A stretch of DNA of 64,000 nt from Octopus sinensis (Eukaryota): positions 131,316,001-131,380,000 of the forward strand of contig NC_042999.1 in NCBI RefSeq assembly GCF_006345805.1, written 5' to 3'. Shown piece by piece: positions 11,260 to 24,763 of this stretch (its first letter is position 1; the number at the start of each line of letters is the position of its first letter). The notes beneath the pieces are model-generated. The model had not been told where the DNA came from, made no database searches, and worked only from the letters and a program-made list of their open reading frames with translations. The translations under genes and the position numbers were made by a program.

Positions 11260-13586
11260 CCAATCAAGTGTGGTGTCCTATATGGGACAGTGCTACTGGC
11301 GATTACAGCTCCAGGAAGGCATCTTTTCCTGCTGGCTAATGACATACATTCTGTGTCTGATTAGTATTTGCAAGGAGAGGTTATCACTCCCATCCCTAGC
11401 CTTACATGATACACACAAACTCGAGTTTCTGGGTGGTTACCTATTCTCAGCATGTGTCAATCACCAGCTAGTGATAAATTCTTTATTATGATCAAATGAT
11501 CTAACATAGAGGGGACAGCACAGGACGTTACAAACTTATGATGTTCATGAGTTTGTTTAGTTTATGCAGTTAAAAATATAGAATGATATATATTTGTGAT
11601 GAGTGTTAATTACTATGAATTATAACACATTTTGGCCGGGAAGTCCACCAGCTACACTGTACGAACTTACTATGGATTTTGTACCCAACTTCCTCATTTG
11701 TACCCAACTTCCTCACCACATCCTTCCATCTTTTCTTGTATATGCTTTGCAATAGGCGTCGCTTCTCCTGCCCTATCTTGCTCCTCAGATGATATTTGAA
11801 ATAGTGCAGCAAACTAGGGCTGGAGACGAAGATTCCCATCATGACTCCTTTCATCCTCTAAGAAACTCTCCTTGTCCCGGTAAAACCCAGCCTGCCAACA
11901 CTCATTTGGTGCGTTGACAGCTACCAACCTGAAGGACTGTTTACTCATGTGTGTCACATCTAGAATGACCAACCTACCTTCTGGGTCTAGAGAGACTGCA
12001 CTTACCTGCACATCCTAGTTTTTCCTGAATAGGACCACCACACCACTCCCACCCCCGCTGACTAGGAGAAATAAATTTCTTGTAGCCATTTAGAAGGGGC
12101 GTGAACGCTTGTGGCCCAATTTCTAGTGACCTAAGGTCGTCCAGGAGACAAGTTTGATTCCATTTTGGCCCTAGGCCATGCACATTTCTGCACCCGAACT
12201 TAAATTCCATAGAAATTCGTACTTACATTTTGATTTTGGGGAGGGGCTGCATGAATTCAGCCTCCCCACCATCCTCCTTCTTCTTTGGTGTAGCTGCTGG
12301 ACTCACAATGAAGCTCCTGCCAGCCATCTCTGCACTTAAGTCCTTTATATCTTTGTGTCAGTTCACTGAACAAACTCACCTCCATCCTGGCCATCAGAAT
12401 GTGAGATGGCAAGTCTTGGTTCACTTTGTACACTTATGCTTTATGGTGTGCACATATAATTCGTAACAAAGCTTCATTGCTTTTCCTTAAATGATATAAT
12501 TTTGTATTGAACTTTGGGGTGGGATTTGGAGATGGGTTTTAACAGGGGATAGTGTGGGTAGTTTTTTCTTGTATGTTTGCAGTTGTTTTAGATGTTTTTG
12601 TTTGGGGAGGGGAGTCTGGGACTGAGGCCTTTTTTTCTTTTTCTGTGGTAAGTATTTTGTGCCTTTTTGGTTCACTTTCCTTGGGCATTTCTGTTTTTCT
12701 TTTGTTGTTTTCTTTCTTCAGTGTCTTTAGATTTTTGTTGAGGAGGGGCTTCACTCTTTTTCTCTTTACATCCAGAATGGACATTGCCGTTTTTGCTGCA
12801 CTTAAAACAGTGTGGCCTACGTTACTCAATGCTCACTCTTATGCTCAGCCCCTCCCCTATGAACACCCTATCAGGAAGCCCTTCAAGGATTTCAGGGCAA
12901 CCTTGGACCACCATTTCAAGTGACTGGCCTATCCAATTTTCTCCTTCTTTTTTCTGTATTTGCAGTATTGACATTTTTTTCTTCCATGTCGTATGTTACG
13001 GCTGCTATTCACAATACGTCCAAACCAGCCGGGATCTTCTGCATTTTAATTTTCACCGTTCTCCTGCCTGGATAAGTTGGCAGGAGAATTATTTTGTCAT
13101 TTCTAGGTGTTAATGTCGACAATTCTTTAGCTGTACTCTTGTCAGCAAATTGTGACTCCACTGTAGCACTTCTTATATCTCATCCAACATATTTTATTCC
13201 AGATGGGTTGTATGCACTTCTCAATTACTGCATTTTTGACAGAATTATTCGTTTCTTCTTAAGACCACAGTCTTGGCAGCTATATTCTGTAGTATATCTT
13301 GGGGAGGGAGCAACTTCGCATCATTCCCTGTTTTCTTAACCATATTCCAATATTTAAATAATTCCGCCATAGACAGGTTCAAATTCACCATATTGCGACC
13401 CACGGCAGCTGAAAAACTGGTTCTTTCCTTCTGAACCTGTTTTGCACTTTCTTTTCCATTTTCTTTCGCTGACTGAAGAAAGAGAACTTCGAATGGCTCC
13501 TTGTTTTCTTTGTATCGTCTATCTGGATGTTTTGTTGTCCCTTTTTGTATCACCTAGCTGTCCGGATGTTTTGCATTCTTGTCCCA
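11260..13586 (-). mobile_element. Internally deleted Tx1/L1-clade LINE (ORF1, APE N-terminus, ORF2 C-terminus)
   Basis: Lys-rich ORF1 pieces 12230-13553; CRNVHGLG..DPEGRLVILDV..FRLVAVNAPN; then directly SLLHYFKYHLRSKI..KRW tail; no RT domain. Confidence 0.75.
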
Positions 13587-14901
13587 TTTTACGTACCACC
13601 AGACCAGGGATCCTGGCTGGTTCAATTTGAAATCGAAATCGAATTGAACCAGCCAGGATCCCTGGTCTGGTGGTACGTAAAAAAGCACTATCCGACTCGT
13701 GGCCGATGCCAGCGCCGTTTCGACTGGCTTCCGTGCCGGTGGCACGTAAAATACACCAATCCGACCGTGGCCGTTGCCAGCCTCGCCTGGCACCTGTGCA
13801 GGTGGCACGTAAAAAGCACCCACTACACTCATGGAGTGGTTGGCGTTAGGAAGGGCATCCAGCTGTAGAAACATTGCCAGATAAGACTGGAGCCTGGGGC
13901 AGCCTTCTGGCTTCCCAGATCCCCGGTCGAACCATCCAACCCATGCTAGCATGGAGAACGGACGTTAAATGATGATGATGATATATATATGTATATATAT
14001 ATATATATAGTGGTATACATACACTTTGTTCTCTTATATGTAAGTACACATTTTTAAAAATCTTGTATGACTATTTCTATCAGCCCTTTCACATTTATTC
14101 ATTTATTCCACTCTTCGTTCTTTTGTTCCCACCTCTTTCACATTTCTTTGCCTTCTCTTCTTACTCACTTTCCCTCCACTTTTCACTTCACTGTGTCCCT
14201 GTCGTTTTTCCTTGCCCCTCCTTAATTCTTCTTTCCCCCTGCTTCTACTTTTCTCTCTTCTCTTCCCACGTGACTATATATCATCACTACCTTCAACTAA
14301 TGTTTTAATCATGTAATAAATATTATGTTCCCTCTACCTCGTATCATGGATGTTTCTCTCTTCCCTTTTTTCTTTCTCCTTCTTTGTCTTATCCTCTTTT
14401 TCTCCTTTTTCTTTCTCCTCTCTTTTCAATTAATCATGTGAAAGTATTACAATTACTTCCTTCTACCTCACATCAAAGATGCTTCTCTCTCCCTCTTTTA
14501 TCCTAATCATGTTAAAGCGTTACCAATGGACTAAGTAATGGAATAACAAACAGAATTATAATAAGATGGATGGATTAGCTACTTTATGATATATACTTTT
14601 TTCTATGAAGCTGAGTAAAATAGCAAAGTAGTAAAATATCTAAAGAAATGCTTGCATTCTACAAAACACATTAGACTTTCTCAGAAGATTTTTCATGCTA
14701 TAGCCATTTTAACCATCTATAAACTCAAAAACCTTTATTTATTCATTATACAGCTGGATTGTCAAATTGAGACACATTTATTGGAAACATTTTGTTATAA
14801 ATTTGTGCCATTTACCTCTTGAGGTGTCAAAACCTGGTCACTGACAAAGTTATAATGTACTTTTAGATAGCCAAAATGTAACTGTTTCAGATTCAACACA
14901 A

Positions 14902-15107
14902 TAACCCTTTAGCATTCAGATTACCCTGTCGAATGCCATGCTTATTTATATTCATTATTTTAAATTAATCTTGTAGCTTTGAGATTAGTTGTTTATTTTT
15001 AGAATGACATTGTAGGTAGGAGTGAGAGGCTAGATCTGGTCAGTTTGAACTTAAAACAGGTAGAATAATTTGGCTGAATAAGGTTGGCCTAAAAGCTAAA
15101 TGGTTAA
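14902..15107. mobile_element. piggyBac-like MITE (copies at 2530-2673 and 63110-63333)
   Basis: Ends TAACCCTTTAGC / GCTAAATGGTTAA; shared body ttttagaatgacattgt...gtgagagg. Confidence 0.6.
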
Positions 15108-15411
15108 ATTACTTGCTAAACACTTATAATTTTGAAATAGTTGAATGTAGCGATGTATTTGCTATTATATTTGCAATATTCCTGTGGATTCTCTAGGACA
15201 GAAATTGAATCACTTCTGAGTAGAGGAAGTTCAATGTTTATGGTTGCAGGTGATTTTGAATAAGATGAGATAAATTGGAAATAACATTAACAATGTTAAT
15301 TTGTTTGTTTTATTGTGTTATAAGAAATATATTTTCATTGATAAATCAGAAAAGAAAACAGGATGTTAACATCTTGAACTGGATTCAAGTTTAAAAAATA
15401 ATAACAAATTC

Positions 15412-15980
15412 AACAACAACATATATATATATATAAACAAACTTATATCTGTTTTCTTGAAGCATCAAATGTTTATCGTATTATAAGACAAAAAAGTAAT
15501 ATTTGGAACACAGTATCGCTGTGAAAACAACAAAAAAATTGGATATTATGACAATTGCAACATGGAAAAAAGTTGTGTCATGGCTGTTTGTTGACAACTT
15601 TTTTCCATCTTGCACCAAATTTTTCTGCTGTTTTCATAGCATTACTGCATTCAAAATATTACTTTCTTATCTGAATAATACAATTCACATTCGGCACTTC
15701 TAAAAAGCAAACATAAGTTAGTTTATATATATGTTGTTGTTACATTTCAAAACAGCTATATATTTAGCATTTAAATTCGATGGAGATTGTTGTCAGTAGG
15801 CAGTTTAGCTTAATGGTAAAGTACTCAGCCAGTCTCTGAAAGATGCAGGTTCATGTCCTGTGGCTGTTTGTTGACAACTTTTTTTCTATCTTGCAAGGGT
15901 AATAATACCCAATTTCTCTGCTGTTTTCACAGTGATACCACATTCGAAATATTACTTTCTTGTCTGTATAATATAACAAA
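15412..15980. mobile_element. Fold-back of a repeat body (15412-15740) followed by a tRNA-headed direct copy (15798-15980)
   Basis: Three copies of gttgacaactttttt..aatattactttctt (one inverted); A/B-box-like TAGCTTAATGGT and GGTTCATGTCC. Confidence 0.6.
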
Positions 15981-16082
15981 TTCATTCAAACATAGAGGAT
16001 AAATTAATCAAAGATTCCATCATCCATATGAAAAACAATAGTTAGGTTACAATTCACATACTTATTGTTGTGAACAGCTTTA

Positions 16083-16795
16083 AGGGTCTTTTCTGTTTGG
16101 CTGCACCTTTGGAAATTTCAGAGTTTATTGAAAAGTTTAAAATTTGGTGTATTGATGTAATTTTCCATGCTGAATCTCAGGAGGTATTTCACTTTTTCCA
16201 GAAAAATTTTTGAAAAAAGTTATAGAGGTTTAAAGTTTGATAATTTTCTACCCAGCCAGAAAACAGGATTTAGAAGCTGTCATTTTGGGCATGACTGCAT
16301 ATGTCAATATTCTGAAAATAGCACATTTTAATCTGAAACTGTAAACAAATGAAATACTGGTGAAATTCTTCTATTTTTTGGAATTTTCAGAAAATTTTTT
16401 GCGAATTTGTATTCTACACATGGAAATTCGTGGAAATTCATAAGGTAACTTAACATAAAAAATTTAAAAATTGTGGTGTGTGTGATTTAAGGCCTATTTA
16501 GCTGTTATTTTTAGCACATCTAACAACTGCACGTGATTTCCCCTAGAATATGTTCTCATGTTTGACTTGTTACTATGGAAACAGGCATGAATGTGTCTGT
16601 GGCTTATGATTGGCTAAAACTACACAAAATGTTCAAATTTTAAAAGCTAATAACATTTTGTCAATTGATTTATGGTGAAAATGAATTTCATGTCAATTAT
16701 GAGCATACAAAACTAAATCATTACACCGAATATGAAATCAATTGGAACCAAAATTGAAGATATTGAAAAGTGGCAGCCAAACGAAAAGATTTCCT
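16083..16795. mobile_element. Non-autonomous DNA transposon/MITE (about 710 bp)
   Basis: Imperfect TIRs agggtcttttctgtttggctgcac / gtggcagccaaacgaaaagatttcct. Confidence 0.55.
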
Positions 16796-19700
16796 AATTA
16801 AAAATAATTGTTCAGTCAGGAAAAGACAATATTAGTCAATGACCAATGTTATTTTAATGATTCCGAAAAGCACGAATGATAGATCTGGCATGAATCAATC
16901 TTATTAGCCTCCTCAGTGAAGACACAGACTTCACAGTATTTGCTGAAGCAATGAGGAGGCAATCAAATAAGTAAATGAACAATAATGTTCAGTAGTTGGC
17001 AAGGAAAATTTCGAGGATAAGCCACAAGAGAAATACCTATTTTAGATCTTAAGGGTCATACTTATCTTATCCTATATCTAAGAGAAATTAAAGAAATATA
17101 AGGTCTTTGTTAAATGGACAGTTGCTGTTGACCAGGTTGATATAATGTCTCTCTCTTTCTGAAGCTCTGACCATTTGCATTTTGTTAAAATTAATGAATA
17201 TAAGTTCATGATTTTTAAAGGAAATAATGATCAATATAAAACAAATGTTTACATCAATATAGTTATAAATGATAGTTTCAGCCTTTAATGTAAACAAAAA
17301 CCCCACAAATGTTATCTGTCGATAGATGTGCCAACTAGCTGTAAATAGGGAGGTAGAATTTACCACTGTTACCAACAGAGGCTTGGTTTAATTAATGCCT
17401 TACAATACTGTGTTCAATTTTTTTCCTCTGGATAAAAGCCTGTGATATGTTGGGGTACAGAATTACCTCAACTTTAAATCCAACAAATATCACCACATTT
17501 GTTACATGAAGGGATTTATAACTTAAAATGGACATTATTTTCCAAACAAAAAATTTAAAGCTAATCAAAAATACATATAAAAAAATTTGGAAAATAAATT
17601 CATTTTTTGTGATGTGAGGAAACATAGGATCAAACAGATGAAAATACACAAGTTAAAGGACAAAATTTAGGATATACAAATTATGGATCGATGAGATGGT
17701 GGTAAAGGAGATTAGCAGTCTCATAACAATTACATTTTTTTTTTATTAAAATTCAAACAAAAATTTATTCTTCTTGAATCCTGTATTTTTCAGGAAGAGT
17801 TTTCTTCTGTTGCTGTATCTGAAATAACAGAAATTATGACAATATTATAACACAAGCATAAAAAAAATAGGATGAAGATAATTTGATCATAAGAAATATA
17901 TCATATGTACATATTCAAGTTAAACATCAGAACATTTTATTGCAATATAAACTTGTATAAGGTCTTAAGAAAGAGAAGACCATATCTGTAGCATGTTGAT
18001 GAAGTGAAGCCGCAACTGCAACTTTAATTTATGACTGAAATTAATTTTGAGTTAATTCTTCTCAACCAATTAGCTGTTAGTGTGATGCTATATTAGCTTG
18101 CATGCCTATTCACTGAAAGACATAGAATCTTATAGTAACAGAAACAGCTCAATATCAGCCATTTCCAATAACCAATCAGTAATTATGACATATTATCAGG
18201 TACACTTAGTCACTGATAGCTCACAGCTCACATACCAGATTTTTACAGAAGTACCAGAAACAACAGCTGACATTTCTAGCAGCTAGCAATGACACAACAT
18301 CAATTACACATTTACCAATAACAGTCAAACTTCAAAAACTTATACTTTGCTGCCTTTGTAGCATGCAACTTTCACATTTTCATGCCCTTCAATTTTCATT
18401 GTGTAAACACAACAGTGCAGAACTTTCTACAAGAAAAATTACACCACTATGCTCATTTCTTTTCAATAAAATTTCAAAGTTTGCAAGTATTGTTCTTCAC
18501 ATGGTAATTGAAGCCTTATATTAGCAATAATTTTATCATGTTGTTCAGGTTTGTTTGCAGTCAAAGAATATCTTAGGTTATCCTATAAATAATGCCCTGG
18601 TATTGTGTGAGAAGAAAAGTTTTCTAAATTTCATATTTTATTAAAATTCCTTCATTAACATGATTATCATAACCAATTGATGACCTTTTTGAAATAATTT
18701 ATAAGCTTTTTAATACCATTTGTGTAAAATTGCTTTCATTTGGTGAAAAAGAATGTACAGAGGGTAGTTTCTACTACATGCGTTTTGAGAACCAGTCTAC
18801 CAAGATGACCATAGACTTCGAAATTGGTGGTAATCAGATGAAGCTAGGTAAGGAGAGTGCTTCCTGACAAAGCACTTTATCTGGAAGGGCCCCCATTTTT
18901 TACTTAAAGCATGGAGACTCAAGTAAATTTACATTTTCTCAATATATACATGAAACGTTGAAAACTACTGTCAAAGCTGTTGCACAGCCTTCACCATAAA
19001 TTTTTTGCCCTTCTTCCATTATCCTACAGTATTCCCTGTACTGTTTTATGATACAATGTACTGTGAGGTGTGCAGTGCTATTTCAGGACACCTGCAACCA
19101 AATTTCAAGCAAGGGTATAACAAAAGTTTTCCATTATGATTTATGATTAAATTAATGAGTAAGGTTAATATTTGTAATGAATTTGCCATTTTCGATGGGT
19201 GTGTAGTGCACACCCAGAATATACACCCAGAATATATGCCCCTGATACACACACACACACATATATATATACACATATATATTTATGTTCAGCTTTTGCT
19301 GAACGACGTGCACAAATGTTCATATTGCACAATAGCTTATTCTCTCCATCAAATCAACATTGTTTTTGCAGGTGCACGGTGTACCATGCATCAGGTGTCA
19401 AAGTGATCACAGAGCAATATGAGATAAAGTGTTTTGCTTAAGAATACAATGCACCACCTGGTCTAGGAATTGAAATCATGATCTAGCGACTGTGAGTGTA
19501 ATATCCTAACCACTAGGTCATGTGCCATCACATTACACACAAGCACACACACACAAATAGGAGTGTATAACATAATGTGGCATAGTTATAGATGTGTGGT
19601 CCCTCAGTCTGACTTTGCTTCCTCATACATTTTGATGAAGTTTATGAATTATCAGTTCAACCTAACAAAAAATACTTTTCCTCATCAAATTCTAACATAA

Positions 19701-20284
19701 CTGTAATCTACATAACCTAAAACATATTTGTAAAAAAAAAAAAACATTAAAATATGCATTTTTCAGAAATTTACAAAGAAACAAAGTCAAGAGTGAGGAC
19801 AAACACTTCTGTAGTTGCCTACAATGTATTTACAAATGTGGAATGGCACTAACCCTAATATTTTGCTCCAGAGAAACTTCTCAAAAATAGATGTGTTAAA
19901 AACAACAGGGCCTCACTCAAAATGTTGATTGATCTCAGTGAAAAATACCTCAGACATTCTAAGCCAAACCAAAACATTTTCTGACATTCGTTTCGTTCAG
20001 TCATGTATATACATACATACATACATATTGATATATAATTACACACACACATGCATATACATAGACATTTATACACTTAGTTTACAAGTGATCTAAATGA
20101 TTAGGTACACTAGGTAAGTACTGTAACGGATTACAAGGGCTCCAAGGTTATAGCTGAGACAGTATTTATGGAGCCATTGCAGATTTCCGATGCAGAAGAT
20201 ATATAATTGCTAAAGAGAGCAACAAACGTTAAGGCAAGGCAAACATCTCAAGTCATATTCATTACTATTATTGGAAAAAATTCA

Positions 20285-20340
20285 GTCTTACAGCTGTTTC
20301 TGTAATATCCCCAAGTGTGGAATATTCTGTCATCAGAGAC
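20285..20340 (-). ncRNA. Minimal type-I hammerhead ribozyme motif
   Basis: GTCT-CTGATGA-CAGAATATTCCACACTTGGGGATATTACA-GAAAC-AGCT-GTA-AGAC. Confidence 0.75.
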
Positions 20341-20390
20341 AAATAGGGAAAATGAGAAGGGTGTACATACCCTTCTCATTTTCCCTATTT

Positions 20391-20446
20391 GTTTCTGATG
20401 ACGGAGTATCCCATACTCAAGGATATCCCAGAAACAGTTGTAAGAC
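20391..20446 (+). ncRNA. Minimal type-I hammerhead ribozyme motif
   Basis: GTTT-CTGATGA-CGGAGTATCCCATACTCAAGGATATCCCA-GAAAC-AGTT-GTA-AGAC. Confidence 0.7.
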
Positions 20447-20524
20447 TTTGAATTTTTTCTAATTATAATAATGTATAGGACTTGAGATGTTTGCCTTGCC
20501 TTAACGTTTGTTGCTCTCTTTAGC

Positions 20525-20562
<38 letters not shown>

Positions 20563-21009
20563 GTAAATTATGAAAAATCAATGAAAATGCATATTGCAAA
20601 TAGAAAAAGGCTATTTATGACAGGTAGCGACAAATATATACATTTAGATTGACTGAGGTAGTAATACAAGTCATAAAGGTCATTATTTTGAGATGATTAT
20701 AAGATGATAATAAAGTAAGAGAACAAAACGAACCAATGGTTTACGCGAAGCTTGCACATATGTAAATATATATACATATAGTCATACATACTAAATATAT
20801 ACTAATTTATATAAAACTTGCTGTGATTCATCTTGCAAATTAAGATGTTATAATCTATGTTGAATTCTGTCCCATCTTAAATTTGTATTTCCAAACCCTC
20901 TGGTGTATAACTATCATTGTATAGACAATAACCAGTGTGGAAATGGGGCAATTTTTTATGGGTATATAAGAATTAAAAGTGAAAATTATGTATGTATGGA
21001 CCCAAAGGA

Positions 21010-21720
21010 GTGACAATCCCAGAGTCCAGTAGAATGCGTGATCTCAGAATTGATATGAACAACAATGCTTCATTTCACATGCATGTCACCTAGATGGTAG
21101 CAATGCGCAGGCAAATTGCTGGTTGGATTCTGAAAACTTTAAGAACAAGAGACCAGGAAACTATGTGGGTTCCATGGAGAACATTTGTTCTCAGATGTCT
21201 GGACTACTGCTCTCAATTGCAGTTACCCCACTGTCAAATCTATAACAAAACTTGAGGCAGTTTAGCAATGCTACATCAGGAAGATTGCATCAATAGAATA
21301 GCTGAGCTACTGGGAGAGGCTGAAAGAGCTACGACTCTACTCCTTGGAGTGAAGATGGTAGAGATATGTAGTGATATACATATGGAAGATCCTGGAGGGG
21401 TTGACACCAAACTTTGACATCAAGAGCTATACTAACCCCCGAACTGGATGTCACTACACTGTTTCAGAGGTTGCTGCCACCCCATCTCATGTAAGGACCA
21501 CATACTGCAATAGCTTGGAGTTTAAATATCACAGCTATTTAATACCTCACCAAAACATCTGAGAGATCTACATGGAGTAGAAGTAGACGTTTTCAAGAAA
21601 CAACTTGACTTCCTGCTGTCCAAGGTCCCAGATGAACCTACACCACAGCAAGAAACTCAGAAGAGAGCAGCAATATCGAACTCCCTCCTTCATCAAAAGC
21701 CAATTACATATGAATGGCTA
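21010..21720 (+). mobile_element. CR1-like LINE 3' fragment
   Basis: AGWILKTLRTRD..LDYCSQL..LSYWERLKELRLYSLE..IYIWKILEGLTPNF. Confidence 0.8.
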
Positions 21721-21876
21721 CTGAAAAGGTGATAACATTGGCAGTGTTCCAACATGGCCACAGCCTTTGAACTGAAATGTGTAAAAGAGCAAAAGAATGC
21801 ATGTGTGTGTGTATATATATGTATATATAATTATATGTTTGTTTTTATGTTGTTATAATAATGTTTTTGGTAGAGA

Positions 21877-21922
<46 letters not shown>

Positions 21923-22460
21923 TCAACTCCAACTATTAAGTAATATTTTAATTTAATGTAAAATTGTTTATATTACAACATAAAAAAACATATATTCACA
22001 AACAAACAAACACACACACATACACACAGAAAATGAGTAAAAATAAGGAAAAATACAAGAGGGACAAATTTTTACAGAGATGTTAGTCTAATGCTTGAAA
22101 GGAAAAGGAAAGAGTCTTGATGTTTCAGACACTTTTCCTTCATTATGATCCATTATTGTTGTTATACTCACAAACATTCTTGTAATTTCTTAGAGTTGGT
22201 AACCTGACATTCGAACACGCTTATGATTGGCAAACTGTAAACTCATGAATACATTGTAATTTTTCTCTAATTACACAGACATTTTACTGACTAATGCAGC
22301 ACACGTTTATATACATTTTTATTTCATCAGCAGTATGTGGTTTGGAAACTAATTAATTTCCATTTCTGTAAATTGCATCAATCATTCATAAAAGATATAT
22401 ATATACTCATGTTTTAAGTTCTATTTTCCTGTTTCCATTACCAAACTTTTGTGTGTGTGT

Positions 22461-22534
<74 letters not shown>

Positions 22535-24550
22535 GAAGAGGCCATGCTTATGTAGGTTGTTTTAGGTGTGGCTTTTATTATATATGTATGTATTGGTTAA
22601 AACACTTTTTATGAAAAATAACTTCTTTCTCTCTATGCTATCTTCCCAAATTAGGAAGCTATCGTGTAGCCTTCTTGATTTCTGATATTTGTGTACACAT
22701 GTTTTCTCATCTGTCACTATACACCCAGTATGGTCTAAGAGAGTGTTTGGAAAAAAGCAGAGCTAAAGCAGCGTGAAACCCAGTAGATTGAGGAAGCCAT
22801 CTGTGTACTACAGGGGAATTTGGATATATATGATAATTTATATGTTCACAATATACAGATAGGTAATATAATTCTGGAATTTGGATAATTTGAAAGAAAA
22901 AAAAAATTAAATGCAGATGCAGTAATATGACAATCCTTGTATTTGGGACATTACTTTCACTTTTGCCATTCTGAATTTAGAAATATTTTGTTTCATGACC
23001 TTTGAAGAATGTTTCTCTTTCAGGAGTCATGCCTACAACCAACTTACTTGTCATAGGATTAAGACTTTCTGTGGTATTGTCCTTTTTTGTTGCTGTTATG
23101 CATACACACATATACACCCCACCACACAAACACATATAATGTTTCAAGAGAACATGTAATTATGTTTTAGAATAATAGTTTCCCAAAACACATCACACAC
23201 AGCTTCTTTTATTCTAATTTTATCTTTATCTGATTTGATATTACTATTGTCTAGGTTCTGTCTGCTATTTCACCATTTTTATTCTTATGTCAAAATTATT
23301 GTTTCCTCCCAATGTAAGCAACATACAATGCTCAACTGTTGCATAATGTAAGAGCACACTTTTTGATACAAGTCTGAAGTGCCACTCTAATGTTTAAAAC
23401 CACAAATATTATGTAACTTTTCACATGAAACTTTTGCATGCAATGGCGTTAAATCCAGTGTGGTACCAGAACAATTGTTAATGGTCATTAAAGATGTGCT
23501 AAGCTTTTTCTCTATTTTCATATTTGTATATATATATATATATATACATACATACATATATACATACATACATACATATATACATACACACACACACACA
23601 TACACTGTGATGCTCCAGCATGGCCACAGTCAAATGACAGAAAAATCCTTTAAGATGTTGGTACACACAAGTGCACACACATTTTGTGAGATCCACTTCT
23701 TTTAAAAACAGGTCTATTTTTTAAAGCACGAAAGATGTTTCTTTTCAAAAATGGTGATACTTGTGTTGAAGCTTACCGCAGGACTTGCTTCTTTTGCCGA
23801 TTGCTTATTTTCTTCAAAGAACTTTATTCTGTCAGTGTTGTTGTAAGTGATATCCATGTCTGATTCTTTCTTTTTCATTGAGTTACCTGTTTAATAATTC
23901 ATTTGTGATTTTGTTCTTTATTGCATGGGAACTTTCTTGGGACATGTTTCATGCATACATTTAACATTATTGGCATATATTCGATCCTTTTTACCATATT
24001 TCTGTTGAAATACACTGACTTTGTTTCAATTTTTAAAATAAAGAATTTAGTGAAATAACTTCATTATAAAATTGTTTGGAAAGTATACTAACATGAAATT
24101 TTGATGCCAATTGAGACCATTCTTATCTCGATTATGCAAAGCTCCAGTTTTTAAAACAGGAGGTTTGTTTAATAAAAATAGGAATGGTCTCAATTGGGTT
24201 AATATCAAAACGAGTAAAGCATATATTTAACTAGAAAATTCTTTAATTTATATTCTCTAGGATGAATTTGGGGACAAAGCACATTGAATATCTTTTCCTT
24301 TATTGATTTCCGGTGAATCTTGTGGATAATTATGTTCAGGGAGTGTTTGAGTGCTTTTTGTAAAGTTTATAATTGTGGTGGCCTTGTGTATTGATGTGAG
24401 TAGCTTTGTGTATGCTGTAACTAGATCAGCTTATGCACATTTCTCTCTGTTGACTTTAAAATACTGTATTGTTTCGCTACAGTGACAACATGTGTTTTGG
24501 TGTAAAAAGAGTTCCTGTGTCAAGTCTCCCACAAATGATTGTACTGGCAT

Positions 24551-24763
24551 CTTTTCCACTCTAGGCACAAGGCCCAAAATTTTTGGGGAAGGGACCAGTT
24601 GATTAGATCGACCCCAGAATGCAACTGGTACTTAATTTATCAACCCTGAAAGGATGAAAGGAAAAGTCAACCTCAGCAGAATTTGAACTCAGAATATAAA
24701 GACAGACGCAATACCGCTAAGCATTTTGCCTGGCATGCTAACATTTCTGCCAGCTCGCTGCCT
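24551..24763 (-). mobile_element. tRNA-derived SINE family B (copies at about 2378-2525, 35549-35746, 38750-38958, 57307-57528, 57609-57822, 63893-64000)
   Basis: Head GGCAGCGAGCTGGCAGAAATGTTAGC..GAGTTCAAATTC; body GACTTTGCCTTTCATCCTTTC.GGGTCGATAAA. Confidence 0.85.

Larger units (their letters stand above)
20201..20534. mobile_element. Near-perfect palindromic cassette with an HHR in each arm
   Basis: Arms of about 163 bp centred near 20365; right end abuts (TA)n. Confidence 0.85.

Noticed and set aside
13527-13952. 113-132 aa ORFs duplicated at 4983-5321
   Set aside because: Lie in a GC-rich interspersed repeat; no recognisable domain
15798-15870. Possible tRNA gene
   Set aside because: No proper cloverleaf or acceptor stem; treated as a SINE head
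16950-19020. Possible very old RT or hAT transposase remnants
   Set aside because: Only vague motif resemblance; no readable frame
22110-22150. HHR-like trace on minus strand (TAATGAAGGA..TCTGAAACATCAAGAC)
   Set aside because: Too degenerate to call
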